A stretch of 64,000 nucleotides of DNA from Candidatus Pacebacteria bacterium GW2011_GWA1_46_10. Its GTDB lineage: Bacteria > Patescibacteriota > Microgenomatia > UBA1400 > PJMF01. The stretch is taken from positions 230,274-294,273 of the forward strand of contig LCLP01000001.1 of the NCBI GenBank assembly GCA_001002135.1, written 5' to 3'. The notes under the pieces were generated by a model, which was given only the letters and a program-made list of their open reading frames with translations, did not search any database and was not told the DNA's origin. A program made the position numbers and the translations under genes. The stretch's first letter is position 1. Every line of letters starts with the position of its first letter. Shown here in pieces: positions 46,436 to 56,433 of the stretch.

Positions 46436-49161
46436 GAACAAGACCACAAACATTTTACGATTTGGTAAGCCAAGACCAGCAATACAAAACTGCCGTCGGT
46501 TTGCCATCGCCAAAAACTATTGAGAATTATGATAAGATACAACACTTGCTGAAATTTGCGTTGCGCCCTTATCAAATAGAGGCATTAAATGCGTTTCAGC
46601 TTTTTTGGAAAGATGGTTTTGATAGCCGGAGCTTAAAACAAAAAACACTTCAACAAAGCAGCGACGACAACGGAAAAGTCGTTGAGTGGCACAAAGTCGG
46701 TTTTGAGATGGCGACCGGTTCCGGTAAAACGCTACTAATGGGCGCGACGATCTTGGATTTATACCAACGCGGTTTCAAGGATTTTCTTATTCTTACGCCG
46801 AACACCATTTTATTTGATAAAACAATTGAGAACTTTACGCCGCGCGCGGTAAAAAGCATTTTTGGCGATGGCTGGAATTTAACCTACAATTTGGTTACTG
46901 GAAATTCCTATCGAGATAAGACCTGTAACTACGAAGAAGGGCGCGATATCTCCTTCTATGTTTTCAATATGCAAAAGTTTTACGATAAAGCCGCCTCGTC
47001 AAATCAAAAAGACGGAGAGGACACGATGAAAGGCACGCCGTATGTTCGGCGACCGCTAGAGGAATCTTTGTGGCGAGATAAAAGTGGAAACAACACTATT
47101 TCATTCGTGGAATTTTTGCGGGAACGCCGACCGGTCATTGTTTCAGATGAGGCACATCACTATCAACGAAAGAAAACAACTGAGGCAATTTTTGAGCTTT
47201 TGCCGAGAATTGTTCTTGAATTTACCGCAACATCACTTGAAAAAGGCGGAAGTGAAAGTTTTGGTCAGGATAATTTATATAAATATCCAATGCAGAGATA
47301 CATTGGCGAAGGATATGGCAAAAGAATTTTTGCCGTCGGTTGCGGAACAAGCGACGAGAAAATATCCAATGAAGTAACTGATAGCGACAAGCAAAAATTG
47401 GTATGGGGAATGTTGATTCATCTTCTAAAAACTGAGTCGCTTGCTACCACCAATGCTCCAGTTAAGAAAGCGATGTTGCTCACGAAAGCACGAACAATTA
47501 AACATGCTGACGCTATTGATACCTATCTCAGAAATTGGCCCGATTCAGTTTCGGGCGAGCTTGATGATGTATTAGAACAAGTTAACCGTGAGGGAACAGA
47601 TATTGCGAAAATTGTCCGAAAGAATGTACTAAAGAGTAAGTCAGAATTGATTAACAAATTATCGCGTGTTGCCAAATCGGTTTTTACTATCCATAGCGAG
47701 AATAAAAGTGAGGAGGAGGTATGGACGGATTATCAGTCGCTCGACGATAACAAGGCGGAGATTGTCAATCAGGTTCGCATATTCACTGAGGGGGTTGATT
47801 ACGATAATTTTTATACAATCGTTGTTTTGGGCGATACAGTTGAAAAAGTTGGCCTAGCGGCGGCCCAACTTATTGGGCGCGGCCTTCGTCTTTATAAAGA
47901 GAAGCGTGAGTTTGATATTTTGGGTGACGAACTAAAAGAGCAAAGCGAGATTTTACACATCATTTGCGAGCGAGGCCACCGCTTTGACCAAATCGTCGAG
48001 GAAATCAGACAGAAACTTGCTTTGTCGCAGGCAAGTGTTGAAATACCGACCGAGGAGGAAGATCGCGAGAATAAAGTAAACAGAAAAATTATTGATGACT
48101 ACGAAATTCCGATTTTGCAGATCAAGTCGGTCGCAACTGGAAAAAGTTTTGAGGACACTCTTAAAGATAAGTCATTAAGTATAAAATCATTTATTGATGA
48201 GGTTTGTGGACTTTCAAAAGGTGATAAAGTGTTGAAGCCGGAAGTTTTGGCGATGGTGGATTATGCTGAAATTACAACCGACGAAATTACCTTACAAACA
48301 GATAAACCGGCAACTACTCGCAGGACGATAAACTTATCCAAAAATGAAACGGCGCGTTGGGCTTTGGATTTTATAGAGCAAACAGGCTCATTTATTGGAA
48401 ATAACTCATTTGATACGGCGAAAAAATTGATTGAGAATATTATCAACGCCGGAATACAAGTTGATACTGCCTATGCAGTAGATTATAAGCGCGCACTGAA
48501 AGCTCTAAAGAAAAGCATCATTGAGTTTTACGGAAGTGGAGCGTTTGAGCTTATGTTTGATGGGCAATTCATGTTCCGAAAGAAAAATGTCAAAGAAGTT
48601 TTTGTGGACGGAAAAGTAACTGTGCGAAAACGCAATGGATTGACGCTAAATTTGATTTCTGCCCATCAACCGATGTCCTCTCACTTACAACAAAAAGGAA
48701 TTATTATTGAGGGCTACAATTTTTCTGCTCGGCCATTCGTAAAGTTTGATTCGCCACCAGAAAAATGGGTTGCTGATGCGCTGGAGCATCTTTGTTCGTT
48801 AGACGAAAAGAAGAAAAGCTTTTGGGTTAGGAATGACCCGTTCGAGTATCCTGTTGAGGTTAAACCAGCTCCGTTTTATCCAGACTTTCTTGCGTTCATT
48901 GAAGACAAGTGGATTATTGTTGATGTGAAAGGGAAACATCTTGCGGAAACTAAACAAATTGATGACCGCAAGAAAGCCTTAAAACTTTTGGAAAAAGAAA
49001 GTGGAGTCCAAACTTTTTTTCTAGTCGATAAGGTCATGGAGTCAAGAGGGTTTAATGGAGTTGAAATCACAAACATAAGTGATTTGGAAGGTTTTGATGA
49101 ATTACGTCATCAGGAGTTGGAATTTGAAGAATTAAATAATGGCCAAAATCCCCTTCTTTGA
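46432..49161 (+). CDS. res: Type III restriction endonuclease (SF2 helicase plus PD-(D/E)xK)
   Basis: 'MATGSGKT', 'DEAHH', 'FTAT', 'QLIGRGLR', 'YPDF…DVKG'. Confidence 0.88.
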   Translation: MRTRPQTFYDLVSQDQQYKTAVGLPSPKTIENYDKIQHLLKFALRPYQIEALNAFQLFWKDGFDSRSLKQKTLQQSSDDNGKVVEWHKVGFEMATGSGKTLLMGATILDLYQRGFKDFLILTPNTILFDKTIENFTPRAVKSIFGDGWNLTYNLVTGNSYRDKTCNYEEGRDISFYVFNMQKFYDKAASSNQKDGEDTMKGTPYVRRPLEESLWRDKSGNNTISFVEFLRERRPVIVSDEAHHYQRKKTTEAIFELLPRIVLEFTATSLEKGGSESFGQDNLYKYPMQRYIGEGYGKRIFAVGCGTSDEKISNEVTDSDKQKLVWGMLIHLLKTESLATTNAPVKKAMLLTKARTIKHADAIDTYLRNWPDSVSGELDDVLEQVNREGTDIAKIVRKNVLKSKSELINKLSRVAKSVFTIHSENKSEEEVWTDYQSLDDNKAEIVNQVRIFTEGVDYDNFYTIVVLGDTVEKVGLAAAQLIGRGLRLYKEKREFDILGDELKEQSEILHIICERGHRFDQIVEEIRQKLALSQASVEIPTEEEDRENKVNRKIIDDYEIPILQIKSVATGKSFEDTLKDKSLSIKSFIDEVCGLSKGDKVLKPEVLAMVDYAEITTDEITLQTDKPATTRRTINLSKNETARWALDFIEQTGSFIGNNSFDTAKKLIENIINAGIQVDTAYAVDYKRALKALKKSIIEFYGSGAFELMFDGQFMFRKKNVKEVFVDGKVTVRKRNGLTLNLISAHQPMSSHLQQKGIIIEGYNFSARPFVKFDSPPEKWVADALEHLCSLDEKKKSFWVRNDPFEYPVEVKPAPFYPDFLAFIEDKWIIVDVKGKHLAETKQIDDRKKALKLLEKESGVQTFFLVDKVMESRGFNGVEITNISDLEGFDELRHQELEFEELNNGQNPLL

Positions 49162-49422
49162 CAACTGAGTCTTAAACTATTGTTTGTGTTGCCTTAACCC
49201 TTCTTTTCTATAGATCCTTATCTCAGTGACAAATTTTAATAAAATCTGGAAAATGTCAATCAAACCGAAAGAGCTTGCCTCCAAGCCATTGTGATGCCGG
49301 TCATGATTATGATTGTTGCTATGAAAGACTTAATGGATATCAATGGTATGACGATTGGGGATGTTATCCTGGTTAGGTTATTTCCTCCCCTTCTTGATCA
49401 AGTTTGATATAATTCCCTTTTT

Positions 49423-49818
49423 ATGAGTAAACAAGAGCAAAGACCAGGTGAGGGAGAGTCGCCGAAGATCGACATTAACCAATATAGTCCCACTAATCCT
49501 AATGAGGTGGTGTGGTTAGACAGTAGTGAGTTTCCTCCCTTGACGATAGCGCAAATTCCGGAAGAAGAGCATGTATTGTGGCGAGATCATATAAACAGCC
49601 ACCAGACCATGATAGTGGTAAACGTCCTCCACAGAGACTTCCCTGACAGCCCCTTTCAGGTGCAAGTGTTTTTTGGGAATGGTTTGAAGGTTTACTTTAT
49701 TATTCGTTTGGAAGTGGAGAACAAAGAAGTCATTCCTTTCGAATTAACCGAACGAATCACCGGCAACACGGTCATCCCGGCCTTGACAGACAAATACGCC
49801 GAGCTATTTGAATGGTAG
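49423..49818 (+). CDS. Hypothetical protein
   Basis: 131-aa ORF with TGATATAAT just upstream. Confidence 0.6.
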   Translation: MSKQEQRPGEGESPKIDINQYSPTNPNEVVWLDSSEFPPLTIAQIPEEEHVLWRDHINSHQTMIVVNVLHRDFPDSPFQVQVFFGNGLKVYFIIRLEVENKEVIPFELTERITGNTVIPALTDKYAELFEW

Positions 49819-49826
49819 CGCGGATC

Positions 49827-50271
49827 TTAACTAGTGCGCCACTTCTCCAGCTTCATCCTGATTGACTTCCAATTACATGCATGATGTCAGTTTAATGTTA
49901 GGGTAACTCTTCATGCTGACTGAGTGGCAGTTCAAAGACTAAGGCAACTAAGAAAATCACTTAACTTAGTATCAACCGGGAAGTTACCGGGTGGAATGAG
50001 GCAGGGTGTGATTACTTCTTTTTATTTGGGAGTTGTTGATAAAAAAGATCAAAAGTATCTGCAGAGATTAAAAAACACCTCCGAAGAAGTGTTTTCTGGA
50101 GATTCTGGAGGGGCGGGTTTTCCCTCATCTGACATGCTTTCGCAAGTGCCCGGAACATGGTCCCGACTTCCCAGGTCCTCAGAATCTGAACCTAGTTTAA
50201 TCAAGTCACTTAAAAAGTCAAGTGACGCAAAGAGATAGTTTTAACTGGTGCGCCACTTCTCCAGCTTCATC
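49827..50271. repeat. 31-bp direct repeat (49827-49857, 50241-50271) duplicating the 3' end of the 50241 gene
   Basis: TTAACT[A/G]GTGCGCCACTTCTCCAGCTTCATC, one mismatch. Confidence 0.85.
49924..50238 (+). CDS. Hypothetical or degenerate ORF between the direct repeats
   Basis: 104-aa ORF with an uncertain start. Confidence 0.35.
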   Translation: MAVQRLRQLRKSLNLVSTGKLPGGMRQGVITSFYLGVVDKKDQKYLQRLKNTSEEVFSGDSGGAGFPSSDMLSQVPGTWSRLPRSSESEPSLIKSLKKSSDAKR

Positions 50272-50678
50272 ATGGCCAAACCTTGAACAAAGTCCAAGGC
50301 CAGCGCCAAGACGGCGACCACCACCCAAGAGGTGACCCCCAAACCGAAGATATCCGCGAAGCGGGTGACCAGCCACAGCCCGACAAAGTTGACTACAAAG
50401 TAACCAGCCATCCAGTCCATACTGGACAAAGCCTGGCCGCGGCGATGCTCCCACTCGGTGAAGAACGGAATAGCCAAGGTATTAATCAAGGCCAGCTTAC
50501 CCATGGACAGCCACAACGCCCAAGTCGCGGTCAAAGACATCGTGCCCAACACCAGATATTGGGGGAACCACATTTGAGCCAGATACAAGACGATCACGTT
50601 GGTTATCAGTAACGTCACGTACGAGATGACCAACATCATCCCCGGATTGTGTTCAAATCGAGACATTTTCTTTGCCAT
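50241..50678 (-). CDS. Hypothetical 4-TM membrane protein
   Basis: AGGAGG SD before ATG 50678 and four hydrophobic helices. Confidence 0.75.
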   Translation of the reverse strand: MAKKMSRFEHNPGMMLVISYVTLLITNVIVLYLAQMWFPQYLVLGTMSLTATWALWLSMGKLALINTLAIPFFTEWEHRRGQALSSMDWMAGYFVVNFVGLWLVTRFADIFGLGVTSWVVVAVLALALDFVQGLAMMKLEKWRTS

Positions 50679-50763
50679 AGCCCTCCTTTTATTACTACTC
50701 ATACAAATGTAATACATTTATAAGCGCCGATCAAGTCTAGGCCAAATGCTATAATAGACTGAC

Positions 50764-51102
50764 ATGGTAAACGTCAACGCCCACGAAACCCTAACCGACT
50801 CACCCAACTGGCAGGAACCCATCGCTAAAGCTGAAAACTGCTCGATCGATGATTGGTTGGAATTGATGAGAAATGTCAGTGAGGTAGCCATTGATCTAGT
50901 GGCAGAGAAGGCCGGTCCAGTGACCAATGAAGTAGTGTTCATTAGAAATCAAGCGATACTCAGTTTTGAAGACTCTGGTGGGATGAACCAAGACGCCAAA
51001 TTTATTGCGATCGCCCTGTCAGTCAGTGACAGAGCTAAACGCGTGTTGCGTCGCGCCATGGCGAAACGAGACATACTCTATAAAGAGCTTCCGCAAACTT
51101 GA
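50764..51102 (+). CDS. Hypothetical protein
   Basis: TGCTATAAT just upstream of the ATG. Confidence 0.6.
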   Translation: MVNVNAHETLTDSPNWQEPIAKAENCSIDDWLELMRNVSEVAIDLVAEKAGPVTNEVVFIRNQAILSFEDSGGMNQDAKFIAIALSVSDRAKRVLRRAMAKRDILYKELPQT

Positions 51103-51138
51103 ATTTTGACAGCGTTCGTGTTTGAATACTCTCCATAA

Positions 51139-51239
51139 ACATCAAGAGTGGGAAGGAGGGACTCGGCCCGCTGATCTCCCCGGCAACCTGTGTGCCCCGT
51201 GCAGATAAGGTGCTCCATCCGACCTGAGAGGAAAGATGT
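51139..51239 (+). promoter_or_regulatory. SAM-I (S-box) riboswitch
   Basis: ACATCAAGAG…GAGGGACT.GGCCC…GGCAACC…AAGGTGC…GAAAGATGT with P1 ACATC/GATGT, directly upstream of metK. Confidence 0.88.
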
Positions 51240-51285
51240 CATAATACGTATCCGCCTCTCGATACACCAAATAAAGGAGAGGCAG

Positions 51286-52392
51286 ATGCTCACCCCACAT
51301 ATTTTTACTTCCGAATCAGTCTGTGCCGGCCACCCGGATAAGATTTGCGATCAAACTTCTGACGCTATTTTGGACGCCGCGCTGGCGCAAGACCCTCTGA
51401 GCCGCGTGGCCGTCGAGACGCTGGTCACCAAAAATCACATGGTCATTGCCGGTGAAATCACCACCAAAGCCGAGCTGGACATCGAAAAAATCGCCCGTGC
51501 TGAAATTAAACGGTTGGGCTACACCAAACCCGAGTGGGGCTTTTCCGATCAATCTAAAATCGAAGTATTAGTCCACAAACAATCGCCAGAAATCGCCCAA
51601 GGTGTCAATCAAGAAGGCGCTGGTGATCAAGGAATGATGTTCGGCTTTGCTTGCCGGGAGACCCCGGAACTAATGCCGCTGCCGATTATGTTGGCCCACG
51701 CCCTGGTCATGGGTATTGACCGACTGCGGGAGAGTAAAGTGATCCCGTACCTGCGGCCTGATGGTAAATCACAAGTGACCGTGAATTACGAAGACAACCG
51801 GCCGGTGTCAGTCGAGGCCGTAGTGCTGGCTGTGCCGCATGATGAAGAGGTGCAGTTGGAGGAGGTGAAAAAGGATTTGTATGAAAAATTGGTCCAGCCG
51901 GTGCTGATGGGCTATGGCTATGAAGTCTCGCCCGAGAAATTGATCGTCAATGGCACTGGTGTCTGGCACCTGGGCGGACCGGCCTCAGACACCGGGGTGA
52001 CTGGCCGCAAGATTATCGTCGACAGCTATGGGGGTTACGCTCGAGTGGGGGGTGGCTGTTTTAGCGGTAAAGACCCGACGAAAGTGGATCGGTCCGGAGC
52101 CTACGCCGCCCGGTACTTGTCCAAACGAATCGTGGCCGAGGGCCTGGCCGAGCACGCCGAAGTGGCACTGGCCTACGCCATTGGCCAAGCACAACCAGTG
52201 ATGAAAGACGTGGAAACTTTTGGCACCAGGACAAAGAGTCCCAAGGTGATTCGCGACTTTGTTGATGGTTTGCTGGATACATCGGTCAAGGGGATTATCG
52301 AAGGCCTGGAGCTGCGACGCCCGATTTTCAAAGAAACTGCTGTCTATGGTCACTTTGGCCGCGACCGTTTCCCGTGGGAAAAACTGGGCTGA
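51286..52392 (+). CDS. metK: S-adenosylmethionine synthetase
   Basis: 'FTSESV..GHPDKICD', 'GAGDQG', 'TGRKIIVD.YGG', 'SGKDPTKVDRS'. True start is ATG 51286. Confidence 0.97.
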   Translation: MLTPHIFTSESVCAGHPDKICDQTSDAILDAALAQDPLSRVAVETLVTKNHMVIAGEITTKAELDIEKIARAEIKRLGYTKPEWGFSDQSKIEVLVHKQSPEIAQGVNQEGAGDQGMMFGFACRETPELMPLPIMLAHALVMGIDRLRESKVIPYLRPDGKSQVTVNYEDNRPVSVEAVVLAVPHDEEVQLEEVKKDLYEKLVQPVLMGYGYEVSPEKLIVNGTGVWHLGGPASDTGVTGRKIIVDSYGGYARVGGGCFSGKDPTKVDRSGAYAARYLSKRIVAEGLAEHAEVALAYAIGQAQPVMKDVETFGTRTKSPKVIRDFVDGLLDTSVKGIIEGLELRRPIFKETAVYGHFGRDRFPWEKLG

Positions 52393-52482
52393 GAAGGAGT
52401 CATTTCCCACGACAGATATCTCTTTTGCTGACAACAACCCCTCATATTTGCCTTGCATTTGCAGTGCAAATTTAAGGAGTCA

Positions 52483-53112
52483 TTACTGGTGAGAAGTGAT
52501 CAGTGGCACGAACTCCACTAAGCCGTGATTTGTCAAGTGGAGAGCACCGTTCAGCTTAGTGCCGGCCATCAGCCGATTGCCCAGCGGCACCACCAGGCGA
52601 CCATTTTCTTTGAGTTGTTCAATCAGAGGTTGCGGCACTTGCGGGGTAGTGGCCGTAATGATTATGGCATCAAAAGGCGCTTTGCTCTGATAACCTTTCG
52701 CCCCATCGCCGACTATCACCACCACGTTCGTAATATTAAGTTGTTTAAAGCGTTCACGGGCCTGCTGAGCTAATACATCGAGCCGTTCAATGGAATAGAC
52801 TTGCTTGGCCAGGTGCGACAGAATCGCCGCTTGATAACCGGAGCCGGTGCCGATTTCCAGCACCGTTTCAGTGCCGGTCAGCTGCAGTAGTTCGGTCATT
52901 TGGGCGACCAGCGATGGTTGACTGATGGTTTGCCCGGCACCGATTGGCAAGGCGCGGTCCTGGTAAGCTGCCGACTGAAATTCGGCCGGTACAAAGATTT
53001 CTCGGGGGATTGTTTGGAAAGCCGTGACGACCCGACTATCAGTCACCATGGGGGCGATATATGTTTGAACAAACTGTTGGCGTAATTGTTCGGTGGAAGA
53101 AAACTCTGCCAT
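52483..53112 (-). CDS. pcm: Protein-L-isoaspartate O-methyltransferase
   Basis: 'GQTISQP', 'VLEIGTGSGYQAA', 'APFDAII', 'FVPL'. Confidence 0.93.
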   Translation of the reverse strand: MAEFSSTEQLRQQFVQTYIAPMVTDSRVVTAFQTIPREIFVPAEFQSAAYQDRALPIGAGQTISQPSLVAQMTELLQLTGTETVLEIGTGSGYQAAILSHLAKQVYSIERLDVLAQQARERFKQLNITNVVVIVGDGAKGYQSKAPFDAIIITATTPQVPQPLIEQLKENGRLVVPLGNRLMAGTKLNGALHLTNHGLVEFVPLITSHQ

Positions 53113-53166
53113 GGGTCAACCCCATTGTACCAGCACCAGCTTGCCAGTCGTTGTACACTAAGATGA

Positions 53167-54516
53167 ATGAAGAAACGGTCACCAGTGATACTGATTATTA
53201 TTGGGATTACTGGTGATTTGGCGAGAAGAAAACTACTGCCTGCCATTGAACAAATTGCTGCGGCTGGTGAGTTGCCCAAACACTTCCAGGTATTGGGTAT
53301 TACTCGCCGGCAAATTACGGCTGAGGCCGTGCTCAAAGAGGTAATTAACCTGAAACCAGGCAGTTACAGCTATCTCAAAAAACACCTGTCGTTGTATCGG
53401 ATGGACCTGACCAAGAGTAAAGCCTATGCCAAACTCAAACAAGATTTGTATAAATTAAGTAAACCCTTTGGCCAACCTAGCCAACAGTTGTTTTACTTAG
53501 CGATTCCCCCTCAAGTTTCACCCTCAGTGGTGGAGCAGTTGGGTAAGGCTGGTTTGGCTGCCCAGCCGGGCACGAAGCTGTTGATGGAAAAACCGTTTGG
53601 TACCGATCTGACTTCGGCCAGAGATTTGATTACAAGGATCCAACAGTATTTTAACGAGGATCAAATTTACCGGATTGATCACTATTTGGCCAAGGAAATG
53701 GCTCAAAACCTGCTGGTTTTCCGCAGCGGCAACTCGCTTTTTAAAAACACTTGGAACAACCAATTTATTGAAAAAATCGAGGTCATTAACAGTGAAAAGA
53801 TTGGAGTCGAGGGTCGAGCCGCTTTTTATGAACAAACCGGGGCGCTGCGCGACATGGTCCAAAGCCACTTACTGCAGTTGGCGGCCTTAGTGCTGATGAG
53901 ACTGCCGGCGGCCGATGACCTCAGCCAAATTCAATCACTGCGTTATGAGGCCTTAGCCGCGCTGCGACCACCGACTGCTGAAGAAGTTAAAAGCCGAGTG
54001 AGCCGCGCTCAGTACGAGGGGTATGGCGCAGCCGTTGGGAATCAAAAGAGTACGGTCGAGACTTTTGTTTCACTGACCTTGTACTCGGACGAGTACCGCT
54101 GGAACGGGGTGCCGATTGTTTTAACGGTTGGCAAGGCCTTGGATCAACAAGTGATCGAGATCAGAATGAGTTACAAAAAACAGACCGCCGAGGAAGCCAA
54201 CCAACTCACCTTGCGCTTGCAGCCGTATGAAGGGATTGAGTTTGATTTTTGGAGCAAACGGCCTGGCTACGACCGGCAGTTGGAGAATGTCCCACTCTCT
54301 TTTGCCTATCGCGATCACTTTGAAACATTACCGGAGGCCTATGAAAAAGTGCTGTTGGACGCGATTCACTCCGATCACAGTCTTTTTCCCTCCAGCGCCG
54401 AGGTTTTGGCATCTTGGAAAATCCTTGAGCCGATTCAGCGCGTGTGGGCCCGGGAGAAAAAACCACTCAAGGTGTATAAGCCAGGCAGTTCGATTGAGGA
54501 AGTGATGTCATTGTAG
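53167..54516 (+). CDS. zwf: Glucose-6-phosphate 1-dehydrogenase
   Basis: 'GITGDLARRKL', 'EKPFG', 'RIDHYLAKE', 'DMVQSHLLQ'. Confidence 0.95.
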   Translation: MKKRSPVILIIIGITGDLARRKLLPAIEQIAAAGELPKHFQVLGITRRQITAEAVLKEVINLKPGSYSYLKKHLSLYRMDLTKSKAYAKLKQDLYKLSKPFGQPSQQLFYLAIPPQVSPSVVEQLGKAGLAAQPGTKLLMEKPFGTDLTSARDLITRIQQYFNEDQIYRIDHYLAKEMAQNLLVFRSGNSLFKNTWNNQFIEKIEVINSEKIGVEGRAAFYEQTGALRDMVQSHLLQLAALVLMRLPAADDLSQIQSLRYEALAALRPPTAEEVKSRVSRAQYEGYGAAVGNQKSTVETFVSLTLYSDEYRWNGVPIVLTVGKALDQQVIEIRMSYKKQTAEEANQLTLRLQPYEGIEFDFWSKRPGYDRQLENVPLSFAYRDHFETLPEAYEKVLLDAIHSDHSLFPSSAEVLASWKILEPIQRVWAREKKPLKVYKPGSSIEEVMSL

Positions 54517-54664
54517 GGGTGATACCGACTCGTCCCGCATGGGTGACGATAAAATCATTCGAATCAGCAAAGATGTGTTCTTCCAGTGATGCCGGGTAGG
54601 CAAGCTGGAAAAAAGTAAGTACGGCTACAAAAAATTTTCCTCATCATCGTTTAGAATAAAGGAC

Positions 54665-56392
54665 ATGGCAATCTTGATTTTTTTCGCTTTTCTAGCTGGG
54701 ATCGTCACTATTCTTTCGCCCTGTATTTTGCCGGTCTTACCGATCGTGCTGGCTGGCTCAGTGGGAGAAGGCAAAAAAAGGCCGCTGGGGATTGTGGCCG
54801 GCTTTGTCTTGAGCTTCACTTTTTTTACCCTGTTTTTAACCATCCTCATTAGTCGGCTAGGGGTTTCCGCTGATGCCCTGAGAAATGTGGCCGTAGTGGT
54901 GATTTTGTTTTTTGGCGCTAGTTTACTGCTCCCTCAACTCCAAGTTTGGTTGGAAAAGCTATTCAGCCGCTTCAGTCAGTTAGCCCCTCGTGAACAAAAA
55001 GATGGTTTTGGTGGTGGCTTTTTGTTGGGCATTTCACTGGGATTATTGTGGACGCCGTGCGTGGGGCCGATCCTGGCCTCAGTTATTTCCTTGGCTCTCA
55101 TCGGTTCGGTGACCAGCACCGCCCTTTTGATTACCTTGGCGTATGCGCTGGGCACCGGTTTGCCGATGCTGGCTATTACGTATGGTGGTCGGCGGCTGTT
55201 GGATAAAACGCCCTGGATCACGAAGAATCTCAAACGCATTCAACAACTGTTTGGTGTGGTGATGATCCTGACGGCGCTGGCCATTTACTTGCAGTGGGAC
55301 CGTCGTTTCCAGACTTGGATCTTGACAGTTTTTCCTAATTATGGCGTTGGCCTGACCCAGCTAGAAAATATTGATGCTGTTAAAGCGCGGCTCCAGCGCT
55401 TGAACGGTGTCACCGACGAAGACATGGGTCGGCCACTGTTTGAGATGAAAGAAGAAAAAGTTTACCCAGTCGCTCCTGAGCTGGCGGGAGGGACGCAATG
55501 GATTAACTCCGTGCCACTGCGGTTTGATGACAACTTGCAAGGCAAAGTAGTGTTGGTCGATTTCTGGACCTATTCGTGCATTAACTGTATTCGCACTTTT
55601 CCACATCTGATCAGCTGGTATGAAAAATACCAAGATCAAGGCTTGGTGATCGTGGGGGTTCACTCGCCAGAGTTTGAGTTTGAAAAGAGTCAGGCCAACG
55701 TGATGGCGGCCATGGAAGATTATGGCATTACCTATCCGGTGGTGATGGATAATGATTTCCGCATTTGGCGTGCCTACCACAACCGCTATTGGCCGGCTCA
55801 TTACTTGGTGGATAAAGAAGGTCGCATCCGTTACACCCATTTTGGTGAAGGGAAATATGAAGAGACCGAAAATAAAATTCGTGAGCTCTTGGGTGAAGAG
55901 GCACTGCCGGCAAACGGGGTCGTGGCTGATACTACCCCGACTCGACCGCAAACCCCGGAAACCTACCTCGGATATACCCGGGCAGCAGCGTATACCCTGG
56001 AAAATCGCTTGAGCCGTAATCAGGTGGCTGAGTATGATTTTACTGCCAGTTTGCCGGCAGACGCAGTTGGCCTGAAAGGCAATTGGCTGGTGAGTGAGGA
56101 ATATATTTCGGCTCAAGCAACTGGCGCCAGCGTCAGTCTTAACTTTTTGGCTCAAACCGTCCACTTAGTGTTGGCTCCTGAAGGAAGTGAGGGCAAGATT
56201 GAGGTGTTACTGGATGGTCGGCCGCTCCCTCGACAATACTGGACGGACGACATCAATGAAAGTGGTTTTATCTTGGTTGATGAATCGCGCAAATATGACA
56301 TTCTCGATTTGGGCGGTGATTATGGTCGTCACACTCTGGAATTAAAATTCGACGCTGGCGTGGCGGCCTATGCCTTTACCTTTGGCTCGTAG
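54665..56392 (+). CDS. dipZ: DipZ-type CcdA/DsbD plus thioredoxin fusion
   Basis: 'SPCILP', 'WTPCVGP', 'WTYSCINC', 'TPETYLG', C-terminal 'AFTFG'. Confidence 0.9.
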   Translation: MAILIFFAFLAGIVTILSPCILPVLPIVLAGSVGEGKKRPLGIVAGFVLSFTFFTLFLTILISRLGVSADALRNVAVVVILFFGASLLLPQLQVWLEKLFSRFSQLAPREQKDGFGGGFLLGISLGLLWTPCVGPILASVISLALIGSVTSTALLITLAYALGTGLPMLAITYGGRRLLDKTPWITKNLKRIQQLFGVVMILTALAIYLQWDRRFQTWILTVFPNYGVGLTQLENIDAVKARLQRLNGVTDEDMGRPLFEMKEEKVYPVAPELAGGTQWINSVPLRFDDNLQGKVVLVDFWTYSCINCIRTFPHLISWYEKYQDQGLVIVGVHSPEFEFEKSQANVMAAMEDYGITYPVVMDNDFRIWRAYHNRYWPAHYLVDKEGRIRYTHFGEGKYEETENKIRELLGEEALPANGVVADTTPTRPQTPETYLGYTRAAAYTLENRLSRNQVAEYDFTASLPADAVGLKGNWLVSEEYISAQATGASVSLNFLAQTVHLVLAPEGSEGKIEVLLDGRPLPRQYWTDDINESGFILVDESRKYDILDLGGDYGRHTLELKFDAGVAAYAFTFGS

Positions 56393-56433
56393 CTTTTGGG
56401 CGGTGATTCTCAAAACACTGTGTTAAGCGACGT

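Noticed and set aside
52394-52484. 11-bp direct repeat AAGGAGTCATT between metK and pcm
   Set aside because: It is short, encloses only ~70 bp and has no terminal inverted repeats. It cannot be distinguished from chance or a trivial duplication.
55361-56164. 267-aa antisense ORF and the many other nested or antisense ORFs in the track
   Set aside because: They lie opposite or inside well-supported genes and show no recognisable motifs.
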